This document shows positions 25,301 to 38,090 of a DNA stretch of 64,000 bases, piece by piece. Origin of the DNA: Mobula hypostoma (Eukaryota). The notes under the pieces are model-generated. The model saw nothing but the letters and a program-made list of their open reading frames with translations. It did no database searches and was not told the origin of the DNA. The DNA is taken from the NCBI RefSeq assembly GCF_963921235.1, contig NC_086109.1, positions 1,302,001-1,366,000 on the forward strand, given 5' to 3'. The translations under genes were made by a program, and so were the position numbers. Positions within the stretch are counted from its first letter, which is position 1. Every line of letters begins with the position of its first letter.

Positions 25301-28300
25301 CCCCAACATCTCTCTAACCACTCTCTCCCTCTGTCACCTAAACACCCCCCAACATCTCTCTAACCACTCTCTCCCTCTGTCCCATAAACACCCCCCAACA
25401 TCTCTCTAACCACTCTCTCCCTCTGTCACCATAAACACCCCCTCAACATCTCTCTAACCACTCTCTCCCTCTGTCACCATAAACACCCCCCCAACATCTC
25501 TCTAACCACTCTCTCCCTCTGTCACCATAAACACCCCCCAACATCTCTCTAACCACTCTCTCCCTCTGTCACCATAAACACCCCCTCAACATCTCTCTAA
25601 CCACTCTCTCCCTCTGTCACCCTAAACACCCCCCAACATCTCTCTAACCACTCTCTCCCTCTGTCACCATAAACACCCCCTCAACATCTCTCTAACCACT
25701 CTCTCCCTCTGTCACCCTAAACACCCCCTCAACATCTCTCTAACCACTCTCTCCCTCTGTCACCATAAACACCCCCCCAACATCTCTCTAACCACTCTCT
25801 CCCTCTGTCACCATAAACACCCCCTCAACATCTCTCTAACCACTCTCTCCCTCTGTCACCCTAAACACCCCCTCAACATCTCTCTAACCACTCTCTCCCT
25901 CTGTCACCATAAACACCCCCCAACATCTCTCTAACCACTCTCTCCCTCTGTCACCGTAAACACCCCCTCAACATCTCTCTAACCACTCTCTCCCTCTGTC
26001 ACCCTAAACACCCCCTCAACATCTCTCTAACCACTCTCTCCCTCTGTCACCATAAACACCCCCTCAACATCTCTCTAACCACTCTCTCCCTCTGTCACCA
26101 TAAACACCCCCCCAACATCTCTCTAACCACTCTCTCCCTCTGTCACCATAAACACCCCCTCAACATCTCTCTAACCACTCTCTCCCTCTGTCACCATAAA
26201 CACCCCCCCAACATCTCTCTAACCACTCTCTCCCTCTGTCACCATAAACACCCCCCCAACATCTCTCTAACCACTCTCTCCCTCTGTCACCCTAAACACC
26301 CCCTCAACATCTCTCTAACCACTCTCTCCCTCTGTCACCATAAACACCCCCCAACATCTCTCTAACCACTCTCTCCCTCTGTCACCATAAACACCCCCTC
26401 AACATCTCTCTAACCACTCTCTCCCTCTGTCACCATAAACACCCCCTCAACATCTCTCTAACCACTCTCTCCCTCTGTCACCCTAAACACCCCCTCAACA
26501 TCTCTCTAACCACTCTCTCCCTCTGTCACCATAAACACCCCCCCAACATCTCTCTAACCACTCTCTCCCTCTGTCACCATAAACACCCCCTCAACATCTC
26601 TCTAACCACTCTCTCCCTCTGTCACCATAAACACCCCCTCAACATCTCTCTAACCACTCTCTCCCTCTGTCACCATAAACACCCCCTCAACATCTCTCTA
26701 ACCACTCTCTCCCTCTGTCACCCTAAACACCCCCTCAACATCTCTCTAACCACTCTCTCCCTCTGTCACCATAAACACCCCCTCAACATCTCTCTAACCA
26801 CTCTCTCCCTCTGTCACCATAAACACCCCCCCAACATCTCTCTAACCACTCTCTCCCTCTGTCACCATAAACACCCCCCCAACATCTCTCTAACCACTCT
26901 CTCCCTCTGTCACCATAAACACCCCCTCAACATCTCTCTAACCACTCTCTCCCTCTGTCACCATAAACACCCCCCAACATCTCTCTAACCACTCTCTCCC
27001 TCTGTCACCATAAACACCCCCCAACATCTCTCTAACCACTCTCTCCCTCTGTCACCATAAACACCCCCTCAACATCTCTCTAACCACTCTCTCCCTCTGT
27101 CACCCTAAACACCCCCCCAACATCTCTCTAACCACTCTCTCCCTCTGTCACCCTAAACACCCCCTCAACATCTCTCTAACCACTCTCTCCCTCTGTCACC
27201 ATAAACACCCCCTCAACATCTCTCTAACCACTCTCTCCCTCTGTCACCATAAACACCCCCCTCAACATCTCTCTAACCACTCTCTCCCTCTGTCACCCTA
27301 AACACCCCCTCAACATCTCTCTAACCACTCTCTCCCTCTGTCACCATAAACACCCCCTCAACATCTCTCTAACCACTCTCTCCCTCTGTCACCATAAACA
27401 CCCCCTCAACATCNNNNNNNNNNNNNNNNNNNNNNNNNNNNNNNNNNNNNNNNNNNNNNNNNNNNNNNNNNNNNNNNNNNNNNNNNNNNNNNNNNNNNNN
27501 NNNNNNNNNNNNNNNNNNNNNNNNNNNNNNNNNNNNNNNNNNNNNNNNNNNNNNNNNNNNNNNNNNNNNNNNNNNNNNNNNNNNNNNNNNNNNNNNNNNN
27601 NNNNNNNNNNNNNTCTCCCTCTGTCACCATAAACACCCCCCAACATCTCTCTAACCACTCTCTCCCTCTGTCACCATAAACACCCCCTCAACATCTCTCT
27701 AACCACTCTCTCCCTCTGTCACCATAAACACCCCCCAACATCTCTCTAACCACTCTCTCCCTCTGTCACCATAAACACCCCCCAACATCTCTCTAACCAC
27801 TCTCTCCCTCTGTCACCATAAACACCCCCCAACATCTCTCTAACCACTCTCTCCCTCTGTCACCATAAACACCCCCCAACATCTCTCTAACCACTCTCTC
27901 CCTCTGTCACCATAAACACCCCCTCAACATCTCTCTAACCACTCTCTCCCTCTGTCACCATAAACACCCCCTCAACATCTCTCTAACCACTCTCTCCCTC
28001 TGTCACCATAAACACCCCCTCAACATCTCTCTAACCACTCTCTCCCTCTGTCACCATAAACACCCCCCCAACATCTCTCTAACCACTCTCTCCCTCTGTC
28101 ACCATAAACACCCCCCAACATCTCTCTAACCACTCTCTCCCTCTGTCACCATAAACACCCCCTCAACATCTCTCTAACCACTCTCTCCCTCTGTCACCAT
28201 AAACACCCCCCCAACATCTCTCTAACCACTCTCTCCCTCTGTCACCATAAACACCCCCTCAACATCTCTCTAACCACTCTCTCCCTCTGTCACCATAAAC

Positions 28301-31300
28301 ACCCCCTCAACATCTCTCTAACCACTCTCTCCCTCTGTCACCCTAAACACCCCCCCAACATCTCTCTAACCACTCTCTCCCTCTGTCACCATAAACACCC
28401 CCTCAACATCTCTCTAACCACTCTCTCCCTCTGTCACCATAAACACCCCCCAACATCTCTCTAACCACTCTCTCCCTCTGTCACCATAAACACCCCCCAA
28501 CATCTCTCTAACCACTCTCTCCCTCTGTCACCATAAACACCCCCCAACATCTCTCTAACCACTCTCTCCCTCTGTCACCATAAACACCCCCTCAACATCT
28601 CTCTAACCACTCTCTCCCTCTGTCACCATAAACACCCCCCTCAACATCTCTCTAACCACTCTCTCCCTCTGTCACCCTAAACACCCCCCAACATCTCTCT
28701 AACCACTCTCTCCCTCTGTCACCATAAACACCCCCTCAACATCTCTCTAACCACTCTCTCCCTCTGTCACCATAAACACCCCCTCAACATCTCTCTAACC
28801 ACTCTCTCCCTCTGTCACCATAAACACCCCCCCAACATCTCTCTAACCACTCTCTCCCTCTGTCACCATAAACACCCCCCCAACATCTCTCTAACCACTC
28901 TCTCCCTCTGTCACCATAAACACCCCCGCAACATCTCTCTAACCACTCTCTCCCTCTGTCACCATAAACACCCCCCTCAACATCTCTCTAACCACTCTCT
29001 CCCTCTGTCACCATAAACACCCCCCAACATCTCTCTAACCACTCTCTCCCTCTGTCACCATAAACACCCCCCCAACATCTCTCTAACCACTCTCTCCCTC
29101 TGTCACCATAAACACCCCCTCAACATCTCTCTAACCACTCTCTCCCTCTGTCACCATAAACACCCCCCCAACATCTCTCTAACCACTCTCTCCCTCTGTC
29201 ACCATAAACACCCCCCAACATCTCTCTAACCACTCTCTCCCTCTGTCACCATAAACACCCCCTCAACATCTCTCTAACCACTCTCTCCCTCTGTCACCAT
29301 AAACACCCCCCAACATCTCTCTAACCACTCTCTCCCTCTGTCACCATAAACACCCCCTCAACATCTCTCTAACCACTCTCTCCCTCTGTCACCATAAACA
29401 CCCCCTCAACATCTCTCTAACCACTCTCTCCCTCTGTCACCATAAACACCCCCTCAACATCTCTCTAACCACTCTCTCCCTCTGTCACCATAAACACCCC
29501 CCCAACATCTCTCTAACCACTCTCTCCCTCTGTCACCATAAACACCCCCTCAACATCTCTCTAACCACTCTCTCCCTCTGTCACCATAAACACCCCCTCA
29601 ACATCTCTCTAACCACTCTCTCCCTCTGTCACCATAAACACCCCCTCAACATCTCTCTAACCACTCTCTCCCTCTGTCACCATAAACACCCCCCCAACAT
29701 CTCTCTAACCACTCTCTCCCTCTGTCACCATAAACACCCCTCAACATCTCTCTAACCACTCTCTCCCTCTGTCACCATAAACACCCCCTCAACATCTCTC
29801 TAACCACTCTCTCCCTCTGTCACCATAAACACCCCCTCAACATCTCTCTAACCACTCTCTCCCTCTGTCACCATAAACACCCCCCTCAACATCTCTCTAA
29901 CCACTCTCTCCCTCTGTCACCATAAACACCCCCCAACATCTCTCTAACCACTCTCTCCCTCTGTCACCATAAACACCCCCCAACATCTCTCTAACCACTC
30001 TCTCCCTCTGTCACCATAAACACCCCCCAACATCTCTCTAACCACTCTCTCCCTCTGTCACCATAAACACCCCCTCAACATCTCTCTAACCACTCTCTCC
30101 CTCTGTCACCATAAACACCCCCCAACATCTCTCTAACCACTCTCTCCCTCTGTCACCATAAACACCCCCCCAACATCTCTCTAACCACTCTCTCCCTCTG
30201 TCACCATAAACACCCCCCCAACATCTCTCTAACCACTCTCTCCCTCTGTCACCATAAACACCCCTCAACATCTCTCTAACCACTCTCTCCCTCTGTCACC
30301 ATAAACACCCCCTCAACATCTCTCTAACCACTCTCTCCCTCTGTCACCATAAACACCCCCTCAACATCTCTCTAACCACTCTCTCCCTCTGTCACCATAA
30401 ACACCCCCCAACATCTCTCTAACCACTCTCTCCGTCTGTCACCATAAACACCCCTCAACATCTCTCTAACCACTCTCTCCCTCTGTCACCATAAACACCC
30501 CCCCAACATCTCTCTAACCACTCTCTCCCTCTGTCACCCTAAACACCCCCCCAACATCTCTCTAACCACTCTCTCCCTCTGTCACCATAAACACCCCCCC
30601 AACATCTCTCTAACCACTCTCTCCCTCTGTCACCATAAACACCCCCTCAACATCTCTCTAACCACTCTCTCCCTCTGTCACCATAAACACCCCCCCAACA
30701 TCTCTCTAACCACTCTCTCCCTCTGTCACCCTAAACACCCCCCCAACATCTCTCTAACCACTCTCTCCCTCTGTCACCATAAACACCCCCTCAACATCTC
30801 TCTAACCACTCTCTCCCTCTGTCACCATAAACACCCCCTCAACATCTCTCTAACCACTCTCTCCCTCTGTCACCCTAAACACCCCCCAACATCTCTCTAA
30901 CCACTCTCTCCGTCTGTCACCATAAACACCCCCTCAACATCTCTCTAACCACTCTCTCCCTCTGTCACCATAAACACCCCTCAACATCTCTCTAACCACT
31001 CTCTCCCTCTGTCACCATAAACACCCCCCAACATCTCTCTAACCACTCTCTCCCTCTGTCACCCTAAACACCCCCTCAACATCTCTCTAACCACTCTCTC
31101 CCTCTGTCACCATAAACACCCCCCCAACATCTCTCTAACCACTCTCTCCCTCTGTCACCCTAAACACCCCCTCAACATCTCTCTAACCACTCTCTCCCTC
31201 TGTCACCCTAAACACCCCCCCAACATCTCTCTAACCACTCTCTCCCTCTGTCACCCTAAACACCCCTCAACATCTCTCTAACCACTCTCTCCCTCTGTCA

Positions 31301-31352
31301 CCATAAACACCCCCCAACATCTCTCTAACCACTCTCTCCGTCTGTCAGCATA
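19381..31352. repeat. 48-bp minisatellite array, ~245 visible copies, ~12 kb
   Basis: Unit aacatctctctaaccactctctccctctgtcaccataaacaccccctc (C23 A12 T12 G1). Period checked at 20221/20269. Variants ccataaac/ccctaaac and variable C-run. 200-N gap at 27414-27613. Confidence 0.98.
27414..27613. other. Assembly gap (200 N) inside the minisatellite
   Basis: N run flanked by repeat units on both sides. Confidence 1.
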
Positions 31353-32040
31353 AGCAACCCCTCACTCCATCACTGGTGCACATTTGCTACAGAGTGAACC
31401 ATCTGCAAAATGCCGTGTTGTAACTCACCCAGTTTCGCAATCCAGCACCTCTCCCACCCAGTGAGACAAAAAGATTTTGACAGTGGAACAGCTCCAGAGG
31501 CAGGCTACGCTGCATATCCTTCAGCATCCTCACTGTGAAATATGTCACCGGACCTTCAGCACCACCGTGTTTAAATCCTGCAACTCTCAGCGCAACTGCT
31601 TTGTGGGAGCACCTTCACTAGGACGCAGCGGTTTAAACACAGAACATAGCAATCCTGCAGCACAATACAGGCCCTTCAGCCCACAATGCTGTGCCGAACG
31701 TGTAGTTACTTCAGAAATTACCTTGGGTTACCCATCGTCCTCTACTTTTCTGAGCTCCATTCCTCCAGGAGCCCCAAGAAAGACAATATCTTATCCGCCT
31801 CCACCACCTTTGGCCGTCAGCTCATTCCACGCACCCTCCACTCTTGTGAAAAAACGTACCCCTGACATCTCCTCTGTACCTACTTCCAAGCACATTAAAA
31901 CTGTGGCCTCTCGTGTTAGCCATTTTAGCCCTGGGATAAAGCCTGTATGAGGCAGCTCACACCCCACCATCTCCAGACTGATGACGGATGGACAATACAG
32001 TCTGGCCTTGACTATGCTGACAATATATTGCTAAATTGAA
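31353..32040 (+). mobile_element. Same old LINE remnant, right flank, split by a CR1 tail (31636-31948, minus strand)
   Basis: cactggtgcaca...ccatctgcaaaatgc...aactcacc, then gcagcggttt|CR1|gaggcagctcaca. The paralogous copy at 47305-47460 is uninterrupted. Confidence 0.55.
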
Positions 32041-32147
32041 TAATCGTTGAAGAGCTGTTGGCTCTGAATACCCAGGGCGGCTGTGGAGTGGGGAGCTGGT
32101 GTCAGGTCGTTGCTTCTCTCAGGGTGAGGTGTCAGTGAAACTCTTTG

Positions 32148-32209
32148 TCAAATGGTGGCAGGAAGAGGGTGCGGCTCAGAACACTTCTGGTTAACAGGTG
32201 TAGAGATCT
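32148..32209 (-). other. Candidate short terminal/poison exon, copy 1
   Basis: Acceptor ccattctctgacAG, 189 nt below the leader donor. Phase-1 frame reads (E)ISTPVNQKCSEPHPLPATI*. Acceptor and stop are kept in the paralog at 47566-47627. Confidence 0.3.
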
Positions 32210-32398
32210 CTGTCAGAGAATGGAGGAGCATTCAGGTCAGGCGGTGAGAGACAGAAAACAGCTCAAGGTCAGTGTACTGATTCAGGGTGAGACTCGGGAA
32301 TTGCCTCCACTACCCTGGAATCCTCCTGTACACACCGAAACTTTGGATGAGCCTCACACACGTCTCAACAAAAGGTGATCATCACAATATAATCTTAC

Positions 32399-32459
32399 CC
32401 ACAAAGTTGAAGGGTTGGCTAAACAGCACGACGAACAGGAACCAAAATAAGTTCGACAT
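32399..32459 (-). CDS. Signal-peptide (leader) exon, phase 1
   Basis: gaagATG (A at -3) encoding MSNLFWFLFVVLFSQPFNFV, then G|GTAAGA donor. 61 coding nt, phase-compatible with X1, V1 and V2; lies just downstream of an ISRE cluster. Confidence 0.78.
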
Positions 32460-32504
32460 CTTCACTATTTATTCAAGCTTTGACTACCCGATGGTTTGAA
32501 AGTT

Positions 32505-32625
32505 TGACTCAGTTTGGATCCCAGTTAAGAGAAACTGAAAGCTGAAAGCGAACTGAAAGCAGTTCAGCCAATCTTAACCAATATCAGTTACAGGAAGGAA
32601 AGCTGCAATATCTGACACGTGACAC
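32505..32625 (-). promoter_or_regulatory. Proximal promoter: tandem ISRE/IRF-E sites, two inverted CCAAT boxes, AP-1, ETS and E-box cores
   Basis: 32531-32559 GAAACTGAAAGCTGAAAGCGAACTGAAAG (sense strand contains TTTCAGTTTC). CCAAT at 32568 and 32578, TGACTCA ~32505, CAGGAAG ~32591, CACGTG ~32616. The ISRE begins ~70 nt upstream of the ATG. Confidence 0.68.
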
Positions 32626-32715
32626 AGCACAGTCTGCAAATAACACTGACATTATTTAACCCTTTGTTAGAAATCTCAGTTATGAGGAGAGACTGAAGAA
32701 GTTGGCTCTATTCTC

Positions 32716-33800
32716 AAGTCAAGTCAAGTTTACTTATATAGCACATTCAAAAACAACCTGTGTTGACCAAGGTGCTGTACAGATCAGAGCAGATAGCTAA
32801 AATCACAGATACAGGAAACAGAGACATAACCAACAAGGCAAACAGCTTATCGGCACAGAAGAAACAACAGTAGGGCCGAGGCACAAGCCAAACATTAGCC
32901 ACATCAGGAAGATTCAAATGCTAGTGAATAAAGGTAAGTTTTGAGCTGGATTTAAAAGAGTCAGTGGAGGGGGCAGATCTGATAGGGAGGGGAATGCTGT
33001 TCCACAGTCTCGGGTCTACAGTAGCAAAGGTGCGGTTACCCCAAGCTTAAATTTAGATCGCGGGACAGCCAGGAGCCCCAAGTCAGCCGACCTGTGGGAT
33101 CTGGAAGTAGAATAAGAGGTTAGAAGGTCTGCGATATAAGGGGGAGGGCCAGCCCATTTAGGGCTTTATAAACAAACAGAAGAATCTTAAAATCAATCCT
33201 GAACCATACTGGTAGTCAGTGGAGAGAGGCCAGGATAGAAGTAATGTGGTCCCTCTTCCGGGCACCTGTCAGGAGCCTGGCTGCAGCGTTCTGGACCAGT
33301 TGCAGACAGGACAGGGACGACTGACTAATCCCAGTATACAGGGAGTTGGAGTAGTCCAAGCGGGAGGATATAAGGGCATGGATGACTTTCTCGAGATCTT
33401 TGAAAGAGAGAAACTGCTTGATTTTGGCAATAGTACGAAGCTGGAAAAAAACTGGCTTTCACTACTGCATTAACTTGCCTGTCAAACTTAAGGGTGGAAT
33501 CAAATATCACACCAAGGGATTTGACGTGGGGTTTGACAAGGGCGGACATGTTACCAAGACCGCTGGTAATCACTTTGATGGAGTCAGGGGGGCCAAATAG
33601 GACAACTTCAGACTTGTCTTCATTCAGCTGTAGGAAGTTTTGTGCCATCCAACACTTCATGTCCTCAAGGCAGTTCATGAGGCTGACGAGATTTGACTGG
33701 TCATTTGGTTTCGGGGGAGATAAAGCTGTGTGTCGTCAGCATAACAGTGGAAAGAAATGTCGTAATCTTAAATGATTTGACCGAGGGGAAGCATGTATAT
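32716..33800 (-). mobile_element. L2-clade LINE RT 3' part
   Basis: CWMAQNFLQLNEDKSEVVLFG, VKSLGVIFDSTLKF; (ttgac)n tail. Confidence 0.88.
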
Positions 33801-34385
33801 AAAGAAACGAATGTAGTCTCCCGGTGGTGAGGGTTAATTGTGGACATGACTATGGTAGGGAACATTATGATAGGGCAGACTACAGGAAACAATTCCCCAC
33901 CTGGGAGGCAGATACAATTTAGAGGGTACAGATTCAGGGAAATTGGTAAATGATTTGGAGGGGACTTGAGAGGGCCCAGAGTGTGGGGAGTAGTTGAACG
34001 ACATGGCCAGAGGCAGAGCCACTGACAATGTTTCATAAGTGTCTGAATTCTGGGCCAGTTCACTCCCCCAGGCGCAGAAGGCTATGGGATAAATCAGAGT
34101 GATTAAAAAGTACAGCATAGAAACAGGCCCTTTGGCCATCAAGGAGTCATGAAAAGGTACAGCACAGAAAATACTGGTCAGTTTGGACACGATGGGCTGA
34201 ATGGTCTCTTGCAATCAGGTTTGCTAGAGCTGTTGGGAGTGGTGTGAACTAATATGGCAGGACACTGGGAACAGGTATGAAAGAGCTGAGGATCAGCCAG
34301 CAGGTTTACACGAGGAAGATGGGTGTAATATAAATGTAAGGAAGGACCAGCCAATGATTGGGTACAAATGCAGTCAGAGCAAAGG

Positions 34386-34942
34386 TGTAATGCTCTGTGA
34401 GGTTTCACTGCTAACGTAATGGTTTCTCTGTAGCAGCAATGTTTGGATTATGACTAGAGATAACGGGGCTTTGGAACGTGGGGCTATCCAATAAGAGGGA
34501 TGTTGTCCTTTCTTTTGGGTCTGGGAGCAGGGATTTCACGGTCTTTTGCTGGGCAGAGATGAGGAGAGAAGATGCAAAGGAGAGAGTTGGTAGACTACCA
34601 GATGGAGTGGACTTGGAGCAAGGGCCCGAGGGTTGGCTATGTGCAGAGAGGTCGACGGAAAACCACTGGACTGAACTGTGAGCTCCAACGTTGCATAGTA
34701 GACTGTTTCATGAGAATGGGCCCTTTTCTTTTTTTGTTTCTTTACTGACCATATAGTCAAATTAAGAATAAGAAAGCCCAATCGTTTAATCACATATTGT
34801 GTACTGTTTGTTATTTCATGGTACTGATTTGCAACAGGGGACACATCCCGCAGCATCCAGCCAAACAAGATTTCTTAAGTTTGGCCGGGCTGGGGGGGCA
34901 ATCATTCCCTAGATTAAGCCGCTAGCTGAACTGAGAGTTACA
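34386..34942. mobile_element. Solo LTR (557 bp)
   Basis: Termini TGTAA...TTACA; 4-bp TSD aagg/aaga (one mismatch); removing it restores the host CR1. Confidence 0.8.
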
Positions 34943-35063
34943 AAGAGTTAAATTGTACCATCGAAGCAAAATTCAAAAAGGGTGAAGAATGCAGGACTGA
35001 GGATGCTGTATCTAAATACATGTAGTGTTTGGAATAAGGTAGATAAACTTGCGGTACAATTAG

Positions 35064-35358
35064 TTGTGTGAGCACGTGGCCAGGTGGTTACCTGAAGGTC
35101 GTGTGTTCGAGCCCCAGCTGAGGCAGCGTGTGTGTCCTTGAGCAAGGCACTTAATCACACATTGCTCTGCGACGACACTGGTGCCAAGCTGTATGGGTCC
35201 TAATGACCTTCCCTTGGACAACATGGTTGTCATGGAGAGGGGAGACTTGCAGCATGGGCAACTGCTGGTCTTCCATACAACCTTGCCCAGGCCTGCACCC
35301 TGGAGAGTGAAGACTTTCCAGGCGCAGATCCATGGTCTCGCAAGACTAACAGATGCCT
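35064..35358 (+). mobile_element. tRNA-derived SINE
   Basis: A-box tggccaggtgg, B-box gttcgagcc, central gtgtccttgagcaaggcactt. Perfect 9-bp TSD tacaattag (35055-35063 / 35359-35367). Confidence 0.88.
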
Positions 35359-35384
35359 TACAATTAGAGATTGGTCGGTATGAC

Positions 35385-35985
35385 ATAGAAACATAGAAAA
35401 CCTACAGCACAATCCAGACCCTTCGGCCCACAATGCTGTGCCAAACATGTACTTACTTTAGAAATTACCTTGGGTTACCCATAGCCCTCTATTTTTCCAA
35501 GTTCCATGTACCTAGCCAGGAGTCTCTTAAAAGACCCTATTGTATCTGCCTCCAGCACTGTCGCCTGCGTAAAAAAAACTTACCCCTGACATCTTCTCTG
35601 GATCTACTTCCAAGCACCTTAAAACTGTGTCCTCTTGTGTTAGCCATTTCAGCCCTGGGAAAAAGCCTCTGACTATCCATATGATCAATGCACCTTTTAC
35701 ACCTCTCATCCTCCATCACTCCAAGGAGAAAAGGCCGAGTTTATTCAACCTATTCTGATAAGGCATGCTCCCCAATCCAGGCAACATCCTTGTAAATCTC
35801 CTCTGCACTCTTTCTATGGTTTTCATGTCCTTCTTGCAGTGAGGCGACCAGAACTGAGCACAGTACTCCAAGTGGGGTCTCAGCAGGGTCCTATATAGCT
35901 GCAACATTACCCCTGTGTTCTTAAACTCAATCCCATGGTTGATGAAGGCTAATGCACTATATACCTTCTTAACCACAGAGTCAAC
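35385..35985 (-). mobile_element. CR1 3' fragment
   Basis: QLYRTLLRPHLEYCAQFWSPH...ERVQRRFTRMLPGL; acatagaa tail. Confidence 0.9.
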
Positions 35986-37389
35986 GTTGTGGGGATCACT
36001 GAGTCATGGCTAAAAGAAGGTCATTGTTGGGTGCTTAAAATCAAAGGATACACTTTGTATCAAAAGCATAGGCAGAAAAGTATAGTGCTGTGACTCTGTT
36101 GGTAAGAGATGTAATTACATCTTTAGAAAGAGTGACTTAGGATCAGAGAATGTCAAATCTTTGTGAGTGGAGTTAAGAAACTCCAAGGTTAAAAAAAAAT
36201 CATGGAAATCATGTATAAGCTTCCAAATAGTAGCCAAGATGTAGGGTTGCGATTGCAAGGACAGCTGGAAAGGGCATGCAATAACTGTAACGTCACAATT
36301 GTAATAGGAGATTTCAATATGCAAGGGGATTGGGAAAATCAAGTTGGTGTCAGATTGTAAGAGAGGGAGTTTGTTGGATGCCTATGAGATGGCTTTTTAG
36401 AGTAGCTTGTGCTTAAGTCTATTCAGGGAAAGACCACCTTGGATTAGGTGTTGTGTAAGAATCCAGATCTTATTAGGGAGTTTAAGGTAAAAGAACCCTT
36501 AGGAGACAGTGATCATAATAATAATGATCATGATGGAATTTCAGAGGGAGAAGCATAAATCAGATTACCAGTATTGCAATAGAATAAAGTGAATTACACA
36601 GGTATGACAGAAGAGTTTGGCCAGGTGGATTGGAGGGGAATACTGTTGGGGATGATGGCAGAGGACAGATAACCATATAACCATATAACAATTACAGCAC
36701 AGAAACAGGCCATCTTGGCCCTTCTAGTCTGTGCCGAGCTCTTACTCTCACAAAGATAGCTGAAGTTTCTGGGAATAGTTCACAAGATGCAGGATAGAGA
36801 CATCCCACAGAAGAAGTTCTCAAATGGCAAGGGTAGACAACCATGGCTAAGAAGAGAAGTTAAGGACTGCATAAGAGCCATGGAAAGGGCATATAATGTA
36901 CCAAAAGTTAGTCGGAAGTTGGATGATTGGGAAGCTTTTAAAATCCAACAAAAAACAACTAAAATAAACCTTAAGAAGGGAGAAATTGAAATATGAGGGC
37001 AAACTAGCCAATAATATAAAGCGGGATACTACAAGCTTTTTCAGTTATATAAACAGTAAAAGGGAGATGAGACTTGATATTGGAAAACTGGAAAATGATG
37101 CGGGTGAGGTGGCAATGGGGAACACGGAGATGGTGCATGAACTTCTAAGTACTGTGCTTTAATCTTCACTGTGGAAGACACTAGCAGTGTGCCAGAGGTC
37201 CGTGAGTGTTAGGGAGCAGAAGTGAGTGCCATTGCTTTTATGAAGGAAAGAGTGATAGGTAAATTCAAAGGTCTTGGGGTGGATGGGTCACCTGGACCAG
37301 GTGGACTACAACCCAGAATTCTGAGACAGGTAGCCGAAGAGATAGCAGATGCATTGGTTATCATCTTTCAAGAATCACTTAATTCTCAT

Positions 37390-38090
37390 TCTTTCTTTTT
37401 CAATCTTTTTATTAATTTCAAAATACAGAAACAGAACATAGCCATAATACAAATAGAAGGAGATGTATTGTTACACTTAAAAAAATTAATTGCAAAACCA
37501 AGTAGTGGAAATTAACAAAGCTCCCAAACATGTAGAACGAACCACAGATAATACAAAATAAAAAAAAACTGGAAAAAAAATGAAAAAGAAAAAAAAACAA
37601 AACAAAAAAAAACCCATTCCCAAAGAAAAACAAAATTAATCAACTAACCTAAAAGACTTGGGCAAAACTAACAACTTAAAAATGGGAAAGAAGAAAACCT
37701 TAGTGTCAACGACTCCAATCCCCTCCAACAACAGTACAGAGAGATAAAACAAGTTTGGAAATGATCAAATTACATCAAATGAAAGTGCTGAATGAATGGC
37801 CTCCAAGTTTTTTCAAACTTAATAAAAATATTGGAAAGATATTTTTGATATTATTTCAACGGTCCTAAATATAGACTTACAACCTCATCCAATTACTGCT
37901 ATCTTTGGACTACCAATGATAGACTTAAATAATTTAACCTCTTCATCACGAAGGATGATTGCATTTCTTACTTTAACAGCTAGAAGGTCCATTTTGTTGA
38001 ATTGGAAAGAGATCAACCCTCCTACTGTATTTCATTGGTTTTCACAAACTATGGTGTGTTTGAATTTGGAGAAAATTAGAAGTGCAGTTT
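37390..38090 (-). mobile_element. L1-clade LINE 3' end with inverted 5' segment
   Basis: 19-bp TSD agaatcacttaattctcat (37371-37389 / 38091-38109). 37390-37820 is minus-strand ORF2 end (KFEKTWRPFIQHFHLM*) plus UTR and tail. 37821-38090 is plus-strand KYWKDIF...LNLEKIRSAV. Confidence 0.88.

Noticed and set aside
19381-31352. CRISPR array, telomeric repeat or coding repeat
   Set aside because: No unique spacers; CCCTAA occurs only in some variant units; C-run length changes break any reading frame.
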